DNA of 61,721 nucleotides, counting the filler, from Catajapyx aquilonaris (lineage: Eukaryota), in NCBI GenBank assembly GCA_000934665.2. It is 2 parts of 2 records of this genome, joined end to end, with 100 filler letters (N's around TTAATTAATTAA, not from the genome) between each part and the next. Parts side by side here need not be neighbours in the genome. Positions count along the whole stretch, not along the records: positions 31,231 to 61,721 come from JYFJ02004634.1; 1 more part is not named here. One strand, 5' to 3'. A program made the position numbers and the translations under genes. The notes beneath the pieces are model-generated. The model did no database searches. It had not been told where the DNA came from and saw only the letters and a list, made by a program, of their open reading frames with translations. Position 1 is the stretch's first letter. Each line of letters begins with the position of its first letter. Below, piece by piece: positions 45,570-59,600 of this stretch.

Positions 45570-48500
45570 GTGAGAACGAGAAGGGTTTGAATAGAATATT
45601 GCAGCCTGTGGGGGTTTGGAATGTGCCCTGGCTATCTCCGTACACTTGTTGGTCGCTTGCAACATGAACCCGTTGGTACGCGGTACGAACCCGTGGTTCC
45701 GACAGTGTACGGTTGCCTTTTGATGGGTGGGTGCGGGGCAGTGGGGGGGGAGGGGAAATGGCTTCGTTGCAGCATAGTTCATGAGGTGGCAGAATAACCC
45801 ATTTTCAGGGTCAGAATGCAGGTGTGGCAGCCTACTTTAAAATGCATCCTCCCGCAAGTCTCTTGTCGGGGAGACCCAGGCAATTATTAGACAAATGGGG
45901 TTCCGCCGCTTGTGTAACTTGCTCCTGGTGATGCGTACAGTGCCGGAGATATATTTAAAATATTGTAAAACATTGCATGTACATAATGGTAGACTAGTAC
46001 ATGGCACTTTACGTCTAGTGGGTGGAAGCCCAAGTAGCGGATCTTGAATGGAAACACTTTTAAGCATTAGATGGTACGTTCTTGTTTTCTGATTCGTCCA
46101 TTACTCGTGTATAGTCCATGTGTATGCTGTATTGCATATAATTGCGTATAATGGGAACTCATTCCGTGTAGAAAATTATTGTGGGACTGACAAGTGAGTG
46201 GCTCCATTACGGGAATATGTCACTGTACGTTTGCAATTAGCGGTTCTTGACCTGTCGAGATGATGAGGTGCTGGAAACACCAAACAGAACTAGTTTGACC
46301 ATTTTCTTAGTGAATTGGCACCAGGTGTGTATCTCGTTGGTGCACCTGTTCCTAAATGTAATGCAAGGGTGTTGCACCAATATGAGTTGAAAACACTAGT
46401 ATACTGTAGCAGCGTGTGATGTTGGGCCATAATCACATACGTGGAACAACTCGGGAGATATTGCGTAGGACAGAATAATCTAGTGCGGTGAGCAGCCTTT
46501 GCATAGCTTTTTGTACATAAATATTAATACCAGCCCAAATTTGATGCTTGTGGTTCAGAATTTCATTCATTGGATTGATTAAATATCAATTATTCATGTT
46601 GGAGCATGCTGGCAATTCCTGTATGGAAACATACTTATAATTGATTAACTTCAGGAACTTGACATTTGTGGAGAGTGGATACAAAATGCATGGGGTGCAA
46701 ATAAATTTCGAATCATTTTAGGCATTGTTGGATTTGTAGTTGAATTAATGAAAGAGTGCACACTGTCTCATAAAAATATGGATTTGGGCTCAAATTGTGT
46801 AAAATGAATTATGTGCGATACAAAGTTCCCGTGAAGGGCATTTGAAAGAAGTTATCACAAATGAAGTTCTGACTGTTGAAATATAAGGCATGCTGTATAA
46901 CTTGGAAGGATTTGCAACTTTTTGGTAGTTACGTAAATTGAATAGCTGCAATGTGTGTGTGTACAACATATGCATATTTAACGAAAGGAATAAAACTTTC
47001 AGAGCATTTAATAGGCAACAAAAGTCGATATAGTTACTCAGGATGGGTTTATCATAGCAAATCAATAGGAATTGTCCAATGTGTAGGAAATGGGTGAGGC
47101 AAAAAAGGATATCTGGGTCACCTCTTGACGGTAGTGCTGGCACAGCTTGCATGAATTTGGCCACTGCAGCTGTAATAGGAACTGCTCCTGCCACTTAGAG
47201 TTCATCTACTTCAGAAATATATTAGCATGTAATTAAACGGCACCATGAGCTGGTTTTGCAGAGATGCTTAGGTACAGCAAAAGATATGTTGCTATGAGAG
47301 CTAGTCATAAGCAGCATAAAAGTGCTCATTTTGGAATGTTTTTTTGACTTAATTTCTTCACCTTTGCGTATCATAGCATTAGAAGTAATTTAGTGATATT
47401 TGCACTGTGTTGCATAATATGTGGGTGTCTTGTACTCATTTCTGGCTGTTGGATTTGGTGGGGCTGTATGAAGTTTAGCCAATAATCGGAGTTGCTCATT
47501 GTCATTACATTTAATCATTATACTTTTATTTCAAGGGGAATGGGTGATAAAATTAGCTGTTAGTGATCAGCAATCTTAACAATTATTACTTACATGCACA
47601 TTGGTAATTATATGAAATTATGGTATGCAAAAGGGAGTTTTTGAAGATCTGCGAGGGTAGAGACAAAAGGGCAATAGTAGGGCGTAAGCACCACTTCACT
47701 ACTTCAGTGTGTTTGACGTCCACGTGGGCAAAGGGAAATTGACATTCCCTGACCTTTATCTCTGGAGAGACCTTGAGGCAATGCTACGCCTATAGGCAAG
47801 GTTTCCAAAAGGCTGTTATTCTGTCACCCCAGTTTCTGATAAATGGCAGTGGTGTCAGACTGAAATGTCCCAAGCCTAGCATTGCCCTTAATTTCTCACT
47901 CATTGATCGGTGTGATAACTATGTGCCTGGTATATGTTTGGCATGGTAATTGCTGCTTCTGACTGCCTGCACGTGTCAGGCTTTGTGAATTACATTGGTG
48001 GAAGTGTTTTGGTGTAAGTGACAGAGAGACAAGGATCACTCATACATTATTCTAATTAAATGCCCAGTGATTCTGCGAAATCAATTGCCAGCTTTTGTTG
48101 TTCTTTTATGTGACACACATTTATAGAGGCACTAGAAAACCCCCTCGCTTCACTCATGCTTTTCTTGGCCTGCAATGGAGACCGTATTGTTATGCCCATT
48201 ATGCCTAATCAATTCGGACTTAGCCAGTTATGATGCCGCTCTTGATGATGCCCATCCAACAGCCATCCGCAAACTCCCCTCCATCCTCCCACCCCATCTC
48301 CCACCTTCCCCCTTCCACCGCACGGTTTAGTGCAACAATAGACAGCAGTTATTGTTGCCCCTCCATTGCGATGACTCCGCCCCCCCCCCCTCCCCACATT
48401 CGACTGTGTTCGAACCTTCCAAGGCTGTCGAGGGGTTACTCCCCCCATTGCCATGCGCTGAATGGAGGCCAATTGGAGACATCATGGTAACAATGTGTCG

Positions 48501-48639
48501 TAGTAACAATAGACGTGGGCCAATTAGAGCCAATAGGTAACAACAATATGTGGCGGACCAAGCACAACGAAGCATTTTAAAGATATAGATGGTAACAATA
48601 TTTACGAGGAATATATATATTCATAACCATTAGTAAATA

Positions 48640-48943
48640 CAGTAGAACCTTGATTATTCGACTCCTTGGTTTATCTGACTGTCCCACTCAGGCAATAAAT
48701 CTATGTTTTCTCATGATATACTGTAATGTTCTACGCATTTGTTTGTTTTACCTTAGTTAATTTGTATACAGTACAGTAGCGTGTGTGTTAAAGATACGTC
48801 ACTATTTCTTAGAAAACCATAATATTGTACGATTTTTCATATTTCTTTATATTTTTTGTTGTGTTTCATTAAAGATTTTTTACTCCTCGGATTATCCGAC
48901 CATGCCTCGGTCCCGTGGGTGACAGATAATTGGGGTTATACTG
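48640..48943. mobile_element. pogo/Tigger-like MITE
   Basis: TA|CAGTAGAACCTTGATTATTCG ... GATAATTGGGGTTATACTG|TA, with internal GATTATCCGAC motifs. Confidence 0.65.
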
Positions 48944-49236
48944 TACTGTTGATACACAAGAAGGGGAAGTATGTCGTTTTTTGGGGGATCATTCTGTTAT
49001 GGAAGCAAAGACTAAAGTAAGTTAATGTTGGAAAGGAATTCACTTGCCTGCTATGGTACAGTTGCACTGCTGGCTGCTGTGCAACTGGATCTAAATGTTT
49101 TAATTTTAATTGTGACACTGCATTGCTGGGATCTGGATTCTAATTTGACTCTATTTCAGGTGCTTCCGTGGTTGCCAGTGGAACAAGAGTGACTCCCCCA
49201 AATGCCCAGGTAGCGATGGCGTAAAGACAAGCAGCC

Positions 49237-50805
49237 ATGTTTTTCCCTAACCAGCGTCAGATGTGCCACCAGCCAGCCCAGAGCTGGCCCGCTCCCCACC
49301 AATCCACTCCCACTGCTCACAGCCTGCAGCAACCACACCAGCAACCACACCACCATCCTCAACAGCAAGTCCCCCAGCAACATCACCATTTGCAACAACA
49401 CCATCAGCCGCATAACTGGAGGCACCCGCTTGTGCCACATTTCCCACAGTTCCATCACCATCAGCAGATATCACAGTCATATGAGCACCAGAGGCAGTGG
49501 AGTGGACAGTATTATGATCCGGCCACTTACGCTGCCCAAACTCACCACCACTGGGCAGTGCAGTCACATCACAAGCCATACGACCACTATCCAACGCCAT
49601 GGACAGGACCCAAGATGGAGACCGCTGCCCATGCCATGGTGCCAAGCAGGATGGTTCCTGATACCGTTCTACCTCCCCAGCACCTGGCAACTTGGCCACA
49701 ATATTCTCAGGAGGCAGTGTATTACCCGCCAATTCACAGAAGCAGTGAGAAGGCCGGACCAGTAGCACCTGCTCCTGTGCCAACACCCCCAGTGACAGTG
49801 GTGCCAACGACAGTTTCTGCTGCTCCCACCCCAGCACCCCCTCCTACGTCACTAAGCAGTGTGATTCGTGAAGCCTTGACATCCGCTGGTATCAATCCAG
49901 ATGAGGAGCAGGACATCGTTGAGGAGGATCCCAGTCCAGAAACCCCAGTGCAGACATCTGTAATTGTTGAACAAGTTGCAACAGAAGCCCCGGCACAAGG
50001 GGAAGTACCTCCATCCACTCCAACTCAGGTTACCACAAATGAGGCAAAAAGCCATAGTATCAGCAGTGCTGACAATGTTGGAAACAATGGGAACGGACCC
50101 TGCAATTTTGGTGAGGATGATGGTGAATTGCATAGCACCACGAGTCTGACAGAGCAATTGCGTCTATTGGTGGATAGGTTCAACACAATGACCAGGAGGG
50201 ATTCTGGGGAATTTGAGAATCAAGGTAACACAGAGAATGCGGCTAATGATATTTCAATGCCGACTTCTGAAGAATGCAGGGTGGTTCCCCCGCTGAGGTT
50301 GAAAATCTTGCCTCAGCATGTAAAATCCAGAAAGAGGCGTTACACTAGTGCAAGGTTGGAGAGAAGGGAAGGTAGAATACATACTGAGTACGTCAGTGTG
50401 AGCAATGCCACAAACGGTGCTGTGGAGGGAGGCTATCACAGAAATGGAGGTGCTGACGAGGGATGTCATCCACATGGTGTTTTAGATGGGGGATCTCAAC
50501 CATACATGACTCCAGGTCATGGCTCATACACAAATGAGGGTTTATATCCAATCAGAGCTCTTGAAAGAGGATTGCATGCGATAGGTGTGCCGGAGAGAGG
50601 GCTTTACTCAAATGGGGTTTCCGAGGGAGGATTTCAGACAAATGGAGTACCAGAGAGAGGCTACCAGACAAACGGAGTACCAGAGAGAGGGTATCTTGCA
50701 AATGGGGTTTCAGAGAGAGTATTGTACACAAATGGGATTGCGGAGAGAGCTTTATATGCAAACGGAGGTCCAAAGAATGGAACTAATGTCATATGCCACA
50801 CGTGA
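49237..50805 (+). CDS. Uncharacterised 522-aa Q/H/P-rich low-complexity protein with C-terminal decapeptide repeats
   Basis: 1569-bp ORF; GCAGCCATG context; upstream acceptor at 49160; VVPPLRLKI and KSRKRR motifs; AT-rich 3' UTR-like sequence follows. Confidence 0.8.
   Translation: MFFPNQRQMCHQPAQSWPAPHQSTPTAHSLQQPHQQPHHHPQQQVPQQHHHLQQHHQPHNWRHPLVPHFPQFHHHQQISQSYEHQRQWSGQYYDPATYAAQTHHHWAVQSHHKPYDHYPTPWTGPKMETAAHAMVPSRMVPDTVLPPQHLATWPQYSQEAVYYPPIHRSSEKAGPVAPAPVPTPPVTVVPTTVSAAPTPAPPPTSLSSVIREALTSAGINPDEEQDIVEEDPSPETPVQTSVIVEQVATEAPAQGEVPPSTPTQVTTNEAKSHSISSADNVGNNGNGPCNFGEDDGELHSTTSLTEQLRLLVDRFNTMTRRDSGEFENQGNTENAANDISMPTSEECRVVPPLRLKILPQHVKSRKRRYTSARLERREGRIHTEYVSVSNATNGAVEGGYHRNGGADEGCHPHGVLDGGSQPYMTPGHGSYTNEGLYPIRALERGLHAIGVPERGLYSNGVSEGGFQTNGVPERGYQTNGVPERGYLANGVSERVLYTNGIAERALYANGGPKNGTNVICHT
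50413..50781 (+). repeat. Coding 30-bp tandem repeat (~12 degenerate units, NGVPERGYQT consensus)
   Basis: e.g. AATGGAGTACCAGAGAGAGGCTACCAGACA / AACGGAGTACCAGAGAGAGGGTATCTTGCA / AATGGGGTTTCAGAGAGAGTATTGTACACA. Confidence 0.85.
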
Positions 50806-53604
50806 AGTGGCTTGTTTTGTTTGATTTTTATTTGTTTTCTTGACACTTTTTACGTCACAGTCATGTACTTATTGCCATCCAAACACTGGTGTTCACATCT
50901 ACTGGGCATTAATGAAGGTTACAAAATATTGTTGCAATTGAGGTTGACGTGTGATATCAAGGCACGTTCATCATGGGGGAGAAGCATCTCATTTAATCTT
51001 ACAAAAGCAATTGGAAGTGCTCACACTTTGTTACAACAGTACCTATATATTTTTATGAGTTCTGTAGTGGGTTTTAGATGAAGGCAAGTATATTCCCCAC
51101 TTGAGGTAGCAGTTTCCATGGTTTTGGTACATGTGTTTTGATGTGGTGCTTTGTAATGCCAATTGTTGTTAGCTTGGAGATTATCCGAGCCACCCTTTTT
51201 ACAAATGTTGAAATGGCTGCAAGGGATTAGCTGGGGAAATCTTTCACCACCACCCAGATGGTATTAGATTGACCAAAGGATCGCATTATTGGTACGTAGA
51301 AAAAAAAAAGATATGCAGTTTCTTTCTACTTTTGTTAATATTGAATGAGTTATTGCTCCATGACAAATGCGAGTGGGCCAAAAAACTTGGATACAGGTTT
51401 TTTTTTGGCCTTGGGCATACAAGTCGAGTGACTTATTTTTGTTCTCAGGGTTTTCTAAAGCGTAGAAAGTGTTTCACAATGCAACAGACACTCGCAGTAT
51501 TGTAAATAAGGTCTTGCGTACTCTGAGTACAGAATTATTTGCACATACACATAGCAGTATTTTCATAACTGCGAATAGTGGGGAAACAGAGTCATTGGGT
51601 AGAACCAAATATTTTATATGAATTTCATTCCAGTGAATTTTTGCATTCAATACTTTTTCGCCAACACCCAAGTCATTTGCAAACATACGTATATATTTTT
51701 GTATGCACATGATGCACACGTGTGTTTTTTGCATGTGGCATATTTTTTTCCGATTTTGCACAACTGCTAGTCAATGGGTTCATTCCAATTATACTGGTCC
51801 TAAGAATGTAATGTTGTATGATTTGTTGTGTATTAAAACATTTTATTAAATATAAAGGGGATATAATATGAAACGAGTTCAGATTTTATTGACTTGTTGC
51901 ATGTGTGATGGCATGGATTCTGAATGACCTACCGTTCCATTTTCAGGTCCCCCTACCAGAATGAACCTTTCCATCTTGACCGTTCTCAGCATGCTTTTCA
52001 TAGGTGGCCTAGGTACTGTTCCTGCTGTTGTCTGGATCAAGGTTGGACATTTCACTGCTTACTCATGGTGCCGTTTTTGTTTCTATGTGACTCCTTGAAA
52101 TGGTTTAGTGAACTGTTTGGCGTCATTTACATGGCATTTAATAATTACATATTTTATCATTAGGGATTTGAAAGTTGAAGCAGCACATTTTAAAAGCCGA
52201 CAGACAAAATTAAATGTGTTAAACAAAAACAAAGTAACACTCTGTACACTGTACAGTATTTATGATTTATGTGCAGCTTTTCACTTGTCCCCAGTTTGTC
52301 TTGGTTTTTTAGTTTTAGCTTTTATTTGTTATATTTGTCACGTACATGGAGGTGGTATGAAGGTCTATTTGATTCTCTGCATGCCTTTTCGTATTTGCTG
52401 CAGGAAAGCTTCACTTGCGATATTGCTAATGCTCTTGCGTGGGGTTGATTTACTGCCCTGTGGGGCAACAGGAGAGCTCATGTAATAATCAGACTGAAAA
52501 GAAAACCTTGCAACTACAACTCATAATGTATGTGACATCTGCATAATTATGCAACTTGATATTACATCAAGCTCAAATCATAATATTAAGATCAAATCTT
52601 AATCAGCATCGAGCATTAATTTGCACTCGACTTGGGCTTTGGTTTAAGGCTGCTTGCTTTTCTCACCTGCATGTTGTTTCAGAAATCAGGTGTGGTGGAC
52701 CCTAATCCAAGGTCGCTAATCATGGTGTTTTGTAAGTATTTTTCTTCTCTTCTTGGTCACATCTGGTACTATTTTTCTTGGAATGTATTAATCCGAAATG
52801 AGCAATAATAATTGCGCAATTCTTAGATTTCCTGATAATCTTCTGGTGCAGGACAAGTTTATCTCAATGTTTCTATAAATGAAAATATTGATAAGATAAT
52901 CTTAGGTTTTGGCACACTATTTTCAGTACAGTGTGGTCGTATAATTACGTGGGGATTGCCTTGCCACTGACTGGATAATCTAATCACAATCACGAATTTA
53001 AGTGCGCATGTAAAAAAAAAAACATTTATTGCGACACAGTTTCATTCATAACACGTCCGTACTCACGGAAATAAACATATCACATCGTACGATAACAGTG
53101 ATAGACAGCAGCATTCACTAGATTATCTAACTATGAAAACATCATCTAATGAAAAGAAACAAAGCGTAATTGTCTGTCGTACAGCTCCGGTTATATAGTG
53201 ATAAATGCGTATCTCTCTGTGGTCGCTTATCAGCTGGACGTAAAAACCCTCGACTATATATCTCAGACCATTCATTTCTATCTGTGAAGCCTATTCTTTC
53301 CTGTACGACAAGTAGAATGAAGCACGACCTATTGTGCTCTGTCTAAAACCTTTTGACAGCTATTAGTGGCAAATCTATGGCGAAGGTTGGACTGTAATAT
53401 TGTCTCTACAACAGTGAATGTGGAAAAGGCACTAAAACTATATAATTATATAACAATGCCTAAATCCTGCAGTGTACTGTACTGATGCCATCCTTAATTT
53501 TGAAACATGCCAGGAATATATGCAGGATATAAAGTGATGGCTATATTCATTATTATTAGCTCGAGGATTCGCAATCATGTTATCCTGCCTGCTGTACTTT
53601 GCAG

Positions 53605-56600
53605 ATGTGACTGTGTCTAACGGAGGAGTGGACCTGATGGTTGTGGACGCCCAGGAGAAGCGGTGCTGTCAGGTCGTGGAGGAAGGAGACACCGACTGTG
53701 ACGTTGGTTTCGTATATATGTATTATTATTTGCACCAGTGCACAGAGGTAGAAATCGTGAAACTTCTGGTAAATGGTCATAACCCGTTTATTACTGGACT
53801 GACATTAAAATTTTTATTAGGGGGGGTCGTTGAAATTGATTTTGCATCCGATCGCAGATTGCGGAGGCTCGGCTCGGCTGTCAAGGCATCTAAGAACATA
53901 GCAATATTACACGCTGTGTATAGGGCCTGGTCTAATACCCTCGTAAAGAAATGCTCACTTCTCTTCATGATAAAATATATACATATACAGTATGTAGCGT
54001 TGTATGTAACACAGTGTATCGTGCCGCATTTTTAACAACGACGCTTGCAGCACAATGAATACGAACTACCTACTTGTAAGTTCTATATTTCTTATATTAT
54101 TCATTCTTCTGTAACGTGAGCCATAATGGGCATTATGTCGATCATTGCAAAACTATTTATCAAAAATAAAGGTAAACATTTTGAAGTTCACGATGACTTA
54201 AAAATGAGTTGCAGTTTTACCCTCCATTTCTCTGCGTAAGAAACCGTAAACTAGACTGCATTTCTCGAGATGCTCGCTGCCTGTACTGCGAGAACAGCTT
54301 GACCATTAACTTTGACTTTGCCTTGCAGCTGAGGGAATTAAGTCCCGAGATGCAAAACATTAATCACGTGCAAGTCTGGTTATCTGTGAAAATGCCCGTA
54401 ACATATGTTACATACTTACGTCTAGGTGTTATGCGAGTCCCACACATTGGAATGACGGTCATCCGCATGAATTTCACGATTTGCCCTCTGGAGTGTGAAT
54501 TTTGCCATTTTTGAAGTTGGGCAGCATGCTCTCTTGAATATGTTCAACTTGCAATGCCCAATGCAATATGGGCCCCGCCTGTTTTGGCAGATTTGGCCTT
54601 AGTGACCCTGACCTTTTGACACATTTTTTTACCTTAATTTCCTTACCGCAGTCGATGCAGCTGATTGACCCCATCGAACCCGTGTTCCTGTATCCGAAAA
54701 ACGACGCCAACCTCACCCTTATCTACGCAAATCCGGTTCGTTGCACCCTAGCGAATATGCCTGATTGTGTGACATAACCCCTCCTCTCTCACACGTATAT
54801 AGTACATGTACGACAGGAAGGGCAGCTGCAGGGTGGAAGTGTCGTACTCCCCTGAGGACCTGAAGGACCCCGGTTACCTGGAGACCGACATCCGCTTCGA
54901 CACCACCATCCCTGCCACCGGAGTCTGGCTGCCTCGCTTCTTGGAAGGTATATACAAGTTGTGTCATAATCATTGAGCTCTGTAGGATTGATTCTCCCAC
55001 TCGTTTTCCCCCAACTAAAGATGTGGTGAGGAAGGTGGAGGTGACGGATTGCTCTAGCCCTGACCTGGACCGTTTGAACCGCTGCGCGCCCGTGGACTGC
55101 TGGATGAAGTACGAGGGTTGGCGCAGTTTCTGGAACGCCAGCAGGAGGCGGTGCCAGGCGGTGCCCGACTGCGGGGAAGAGTTGCACGAAGGAGGACTCC
55201 CTTCCACGGTTCGTTACCGCTCCTGACGTCTGACGGGGGATCGGGGAACGCCGTCCACTTGAAACTACTTGCACACGCCTCAATACGCACACAGACACAC
55301 AATAATAATAATAAGGGAGGTTGTCCAGAGAGAGATTTACTATCTAGATGATCTGCATACATGAGAGAGGCCTTGTTTTTTCATTGCCGACCATGCAGAG
55401 GAATGAGGGTGTGGTGGTGGTGGTGGGGCGTGTCGGGTCGAGGCTGCTGGGGAAATATGATGTCAACATCACCATGGTCAACACCTAAGTTCCGAACGAT
55501 CGGTAGCATTGAATCGAATTATTTCGAGACGTGAGGATTCCAGGATTTAAACATATTTTGAATAAATTGAATTTTTAATTGGGATAATTTGATTGTTTTG
55601 AAGAAACACTAGCTCGGGTAAAGGTTTCCTTATTCATCTTCTTCCAACGTAGTTTCTCTGGGGAAGGGGAACTGGTCTCTATATAGCAGAAGACTGACTA
55701 GACATCAAAAAGTATACACGTCAAAGACTTTGTCTAACTGAATTTTGACCAAAATGTGACTCTGATCGTTCAGGTCTTCATATGATTATTAAGCTAAATA
55801 TGCATGCGAAGAAGTGCCCTTCATAATTATGATAATTTATTACAAGATAAAATTGACAGAACTGTTGACTTTGGAGGTGTGTCGGCTACAGGGATAAACA
55901 GCGGCTGTTACCGTAGGCCTACAAGTCTACAGAGATAAAGGGTGGAATTTTCGTCCCACTTTTCAGTTAGTCTACTGCTAACTTATAGCAGTAGGCTACC
56001 AGTTCAGTGTTGGCAATGGTATTAATAAGTAAGCAGTAACTACTAACTAGCAGTGGGACGAAAATCCCACCCAAAATGTGTGACATGATAGAAGTAACTC
56101 TATCCAAGAGTACATTTGATACACCCTGACTAGAATATACTATCCGCAAGCTCGGGTAATATTGTTACAATATTGTTACTGATGATTAGACTACTCCAGT
56201 TGAAACTTGAATGTATATAACACTATGTGTTTTTCATACCGACTTTGACGTTTCTCAGTGCAGAATTTTTTAAACAATCAAATTCATACCTGTTCGTTTG
56301 AAAAAAGCGGCGCCAACAGGGGGCAAGTAGAAAAAAAAACTTCCCGAAAACTTTTTACCCCGGGGCCTGCCCTGGATGCTTTAGTAGCCCACCAAAATTG
56401 CGGTTATCGCAAGTTGGAGCTATCATGCGAAGGTTCCCACAAAAGCCTTCTGGCCCACTTATTCCTCTCTTCTTCTTTTTTTTTCCAACCCCTCTTCTGC
56501 ACAGCAGAACCCGCCCTAACATTTCCCCCAGTCCTCCTGTTTATCCTCTTCCCCTCCTATTCTACCTCATAAAATATTTATACGGAATGTGCTTTTACGC

Positions 56601-59600
56601 AAATATGCAAAGGGGTTGTTTTTTTTTGCCCGGGGCCTCTCTGTCATTTTTGCAGCGGAATGTTTTGGTCCAACAACCCAGAATTCCGCTTTTATAGTTG
56701 TTTTTTTTCAAGAATGAGTCACCCTGCACTTACAACTACCCGGGCTGTAATAGTTACGGCCATAACCCGGGGAGTGCTGGCCGTATACTCGTTACCCTAA
56801 GTGTGCAAGGGATGGCTTTAAATCGTTGCTGTCAACATGTCAGGCCGGCCATAACTCCCCTGGGTTGATGCAGTGCGGATGTGCCCATTCACAACCCACT
56901 ATGTCAGGGGCGTTACTCCACTATTTTTTATTTTAAAAAAAATCTTCTTCTTCTTCTGTGCGGGTCCTTGATTCAGATGTGAAACAAGTCCCCGGCAATA
57001 AATCGCAATCACAGGGTGGGTCGTAAATCGCTGTCTGAGAGACAGAGAGCCACCAGAGTTGTAGGGGGAGGACATGCCGACGTCTTCTTTTTCGAGCCTG
57101 AACACCAGGAGGTCTCCCCCTCCCTCATCGTATGACGTAACACTACCTGCCAGAGGTCAAGTCACTGGGGGTCTGTCCAATTAGTCCCCCTTCTTGGGAC
57201 CCGACCACATGTCACCACCGTGGTCGGCGGTGAATGCGACATTGTCATCTCGTTTGTGGGGTCTACATCTTTTCTTCTTCTGTTAAAAGGCTGATGCCAC
57301 GCGCGGATTTGTGGCCCTGGTTTTTTTTATACAGTATATATGCGGGTATTACTACGTTGTATATGTCTTGTATAGTGTAGCCGATTGATATGTGGGGTGA
57401 GAAGAACAGTATAGCGTCAATTACGAGGCCTTCTATTTCTATGGCATAGCATTGTCTTGCCAACACGTGGTGTATATCAGAATAATGAGAGCTATTCACG
57501 ATTGCCGCCTACTCATTTACATGACCCTAAAATAGCGCACTTCTAATTGATAAATATGGGCAAGTACAGCAGCTACGAAATACTCATATACTGGGCGTTT
57601 CAGAATGCGTTTGAGGGCAAATAAACGTGGGTAATTCAAATGTCCGGAAGCGTATCACGTATATAGGCCTATATACACACTGCATGCCTCAGTATATAAT
57701 GTTAGGTGGTTGGCGGCCAACACTTGTGATTCTGAGACATCAATACTGGTGCTTACCACCTGTTTTTTTCCGGCTTAAATTAATTTGAATCTCGTGGCCC
57801 CGTCGCATTAGCCCGATAAAGCCGACCGTAAGTGGACTCGCAGCTGATTGGATGGCGTCATTTATTGCCAGCCGTAGTTCAAAATGTACGAAATTTGGAT
57901 TATTCCAATCCGGCTAATGAGTCGCATTATCCATCATTATGTAAAGCATGTTGATTTTTTTTCTATCGTCCAATTATCACTCCACACTTTTTTCTTCTTC
58001 TTCTTCTTCTTCTGGCCTCCAAGGTTGACCAGTCTTTGGTGATGAAGGTTGTATGTATAGCTGATATGTTTGCGAACTCTTATCCAGTAAAAGCGAACAT
58101 TGTTGCAGAAAAGTGCGACAGAGCCTGGTTGCGAGTTTTGATGTGCAGAGCAGGTTTTGATTGTTGGGAAAATGCCGCGAGGCCTCCATTTTCCTTCTCG
58201 AATTTGCCCCCCCCCCCCCCCCCCCNCCCCCCCCCATGTTTTTCGGTCTGCTGGGAGGGGAAAAGGTTGGGGAGGGGTTTGCTGGACTAGGCTGCATGGC
58301 AACATCAAGGCCTGCAAAACGGAGGTAATTATAATAATTTGGTCCGAGTGACCCTGGTCGTCTGGGGTGCTGAGAAGAGCCGCCGGAGATTTGACTGACA
58401 GCACTGTGCTTACGTAATTTGGGGCTCCGCAAAACTTCAGGAAAAAAAAACTACTTTTTTTTCGAGACGGAAATTTGATTGTCTCTTGAGAGCCTGCCCC
58501 AACTGTTTTGTCGGCGATAGTAATCAACGTGCCGTGCGCACTATCCATATACTGGACATTCTGAGATGTTTGGCTGGACATCAGCAGGTTGGCACAGGGT
58601 GGCAGCAAATGCACTATCATGTCGGTAGCTGTCAAATATATGGCGAGGTGGGCTTGTTTAGCGTGCAATGAACACTGGAAGGAAGGTTTTTTTTCCCCTT
58701 CTTCTTGTGTAGCCCTGGGCCTAGCTTCCATGGAATTGGTGCTAGCCCCACAGTCATGCGAGCCTACCTTCTCGGAAATCAACCGGAAGGTAGCAGCATT
58801 GCTAATGAATTGCCGCTCCTTCACTTTACAGCCCTCCATTTTTTTTATATTCTTTCCCTGTGCTCCTGCTTGCCCTTTCCTTGTTCCTTCGCTCACTTCC
58901 TCTCGATTTCCACCACTACTCACGACCATTTTTTTTTCTCGTACGATTCCGGCTCGATTACAGTCGGTGACGTCAACACTTTCATCACCAATGGGCATAT
59001 ACGTCGGGCTATTAATTTTCGGAAACATTTCTTTACCAGATTGTGCTTGCCCGGGTAGTAATTAGCATGACAAACCGCTGCTGCTGTGTACCCACCGGCA
59101 AAAAAAAGCAGGACGAATGTACCGCAGACATACGTGAGAAAATTCTTATTAGCCTGTGCGGAGCGACCTTGCCCAAATTCGATTTTAATGCCATGGTGCT
59201 GCGAGAGGGATGGGGGCCTACCATCTTCGACGTATATGATGATTGCTGCAGGGAAAAGGTGCATGGCCAGGAATGAATCCGACGTGTAGTTCCCCAGCTA
59301 TAAGACTGGCCATTACTCCTTCCGTCATTTTTCTCTGAAGCCAAGTATTATATACTGTATATATAGCACGGGAGCGTGTCATGTATTTTGTTGACGAGTA
59401 TCCAGATGAATTAGTGCTCCGCGTCCCCCTTCAGTCGATGCTCTGTTATGTTATTTGATGATTTAGAAGTGGTAGCCACGCAGGGTCCGGGGAGAGGGAG
59501 AGAGAGAGAGAGGTTGACCACCGTCGGAATGATTATTAATGGTCGTAATTAGGAATCGGGCGAGGGACCTTATGTGATCCAGTTCGCGTCAAAGGCCAGC

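Noticed and set aside
50413..50781. CRISPR-like periodic repeat
   Set aside because: In-frame coding tandem repeat with no unique spacers; no cas genes; eukaryotic context.
57937..59028. 363-aa minus-strand ORF
   Set aside because: No recognisable motif; it runs through a poly-G tract containing an N and a (GAA)n tail, and lies antisense within an intron. Likely a chance ORF.
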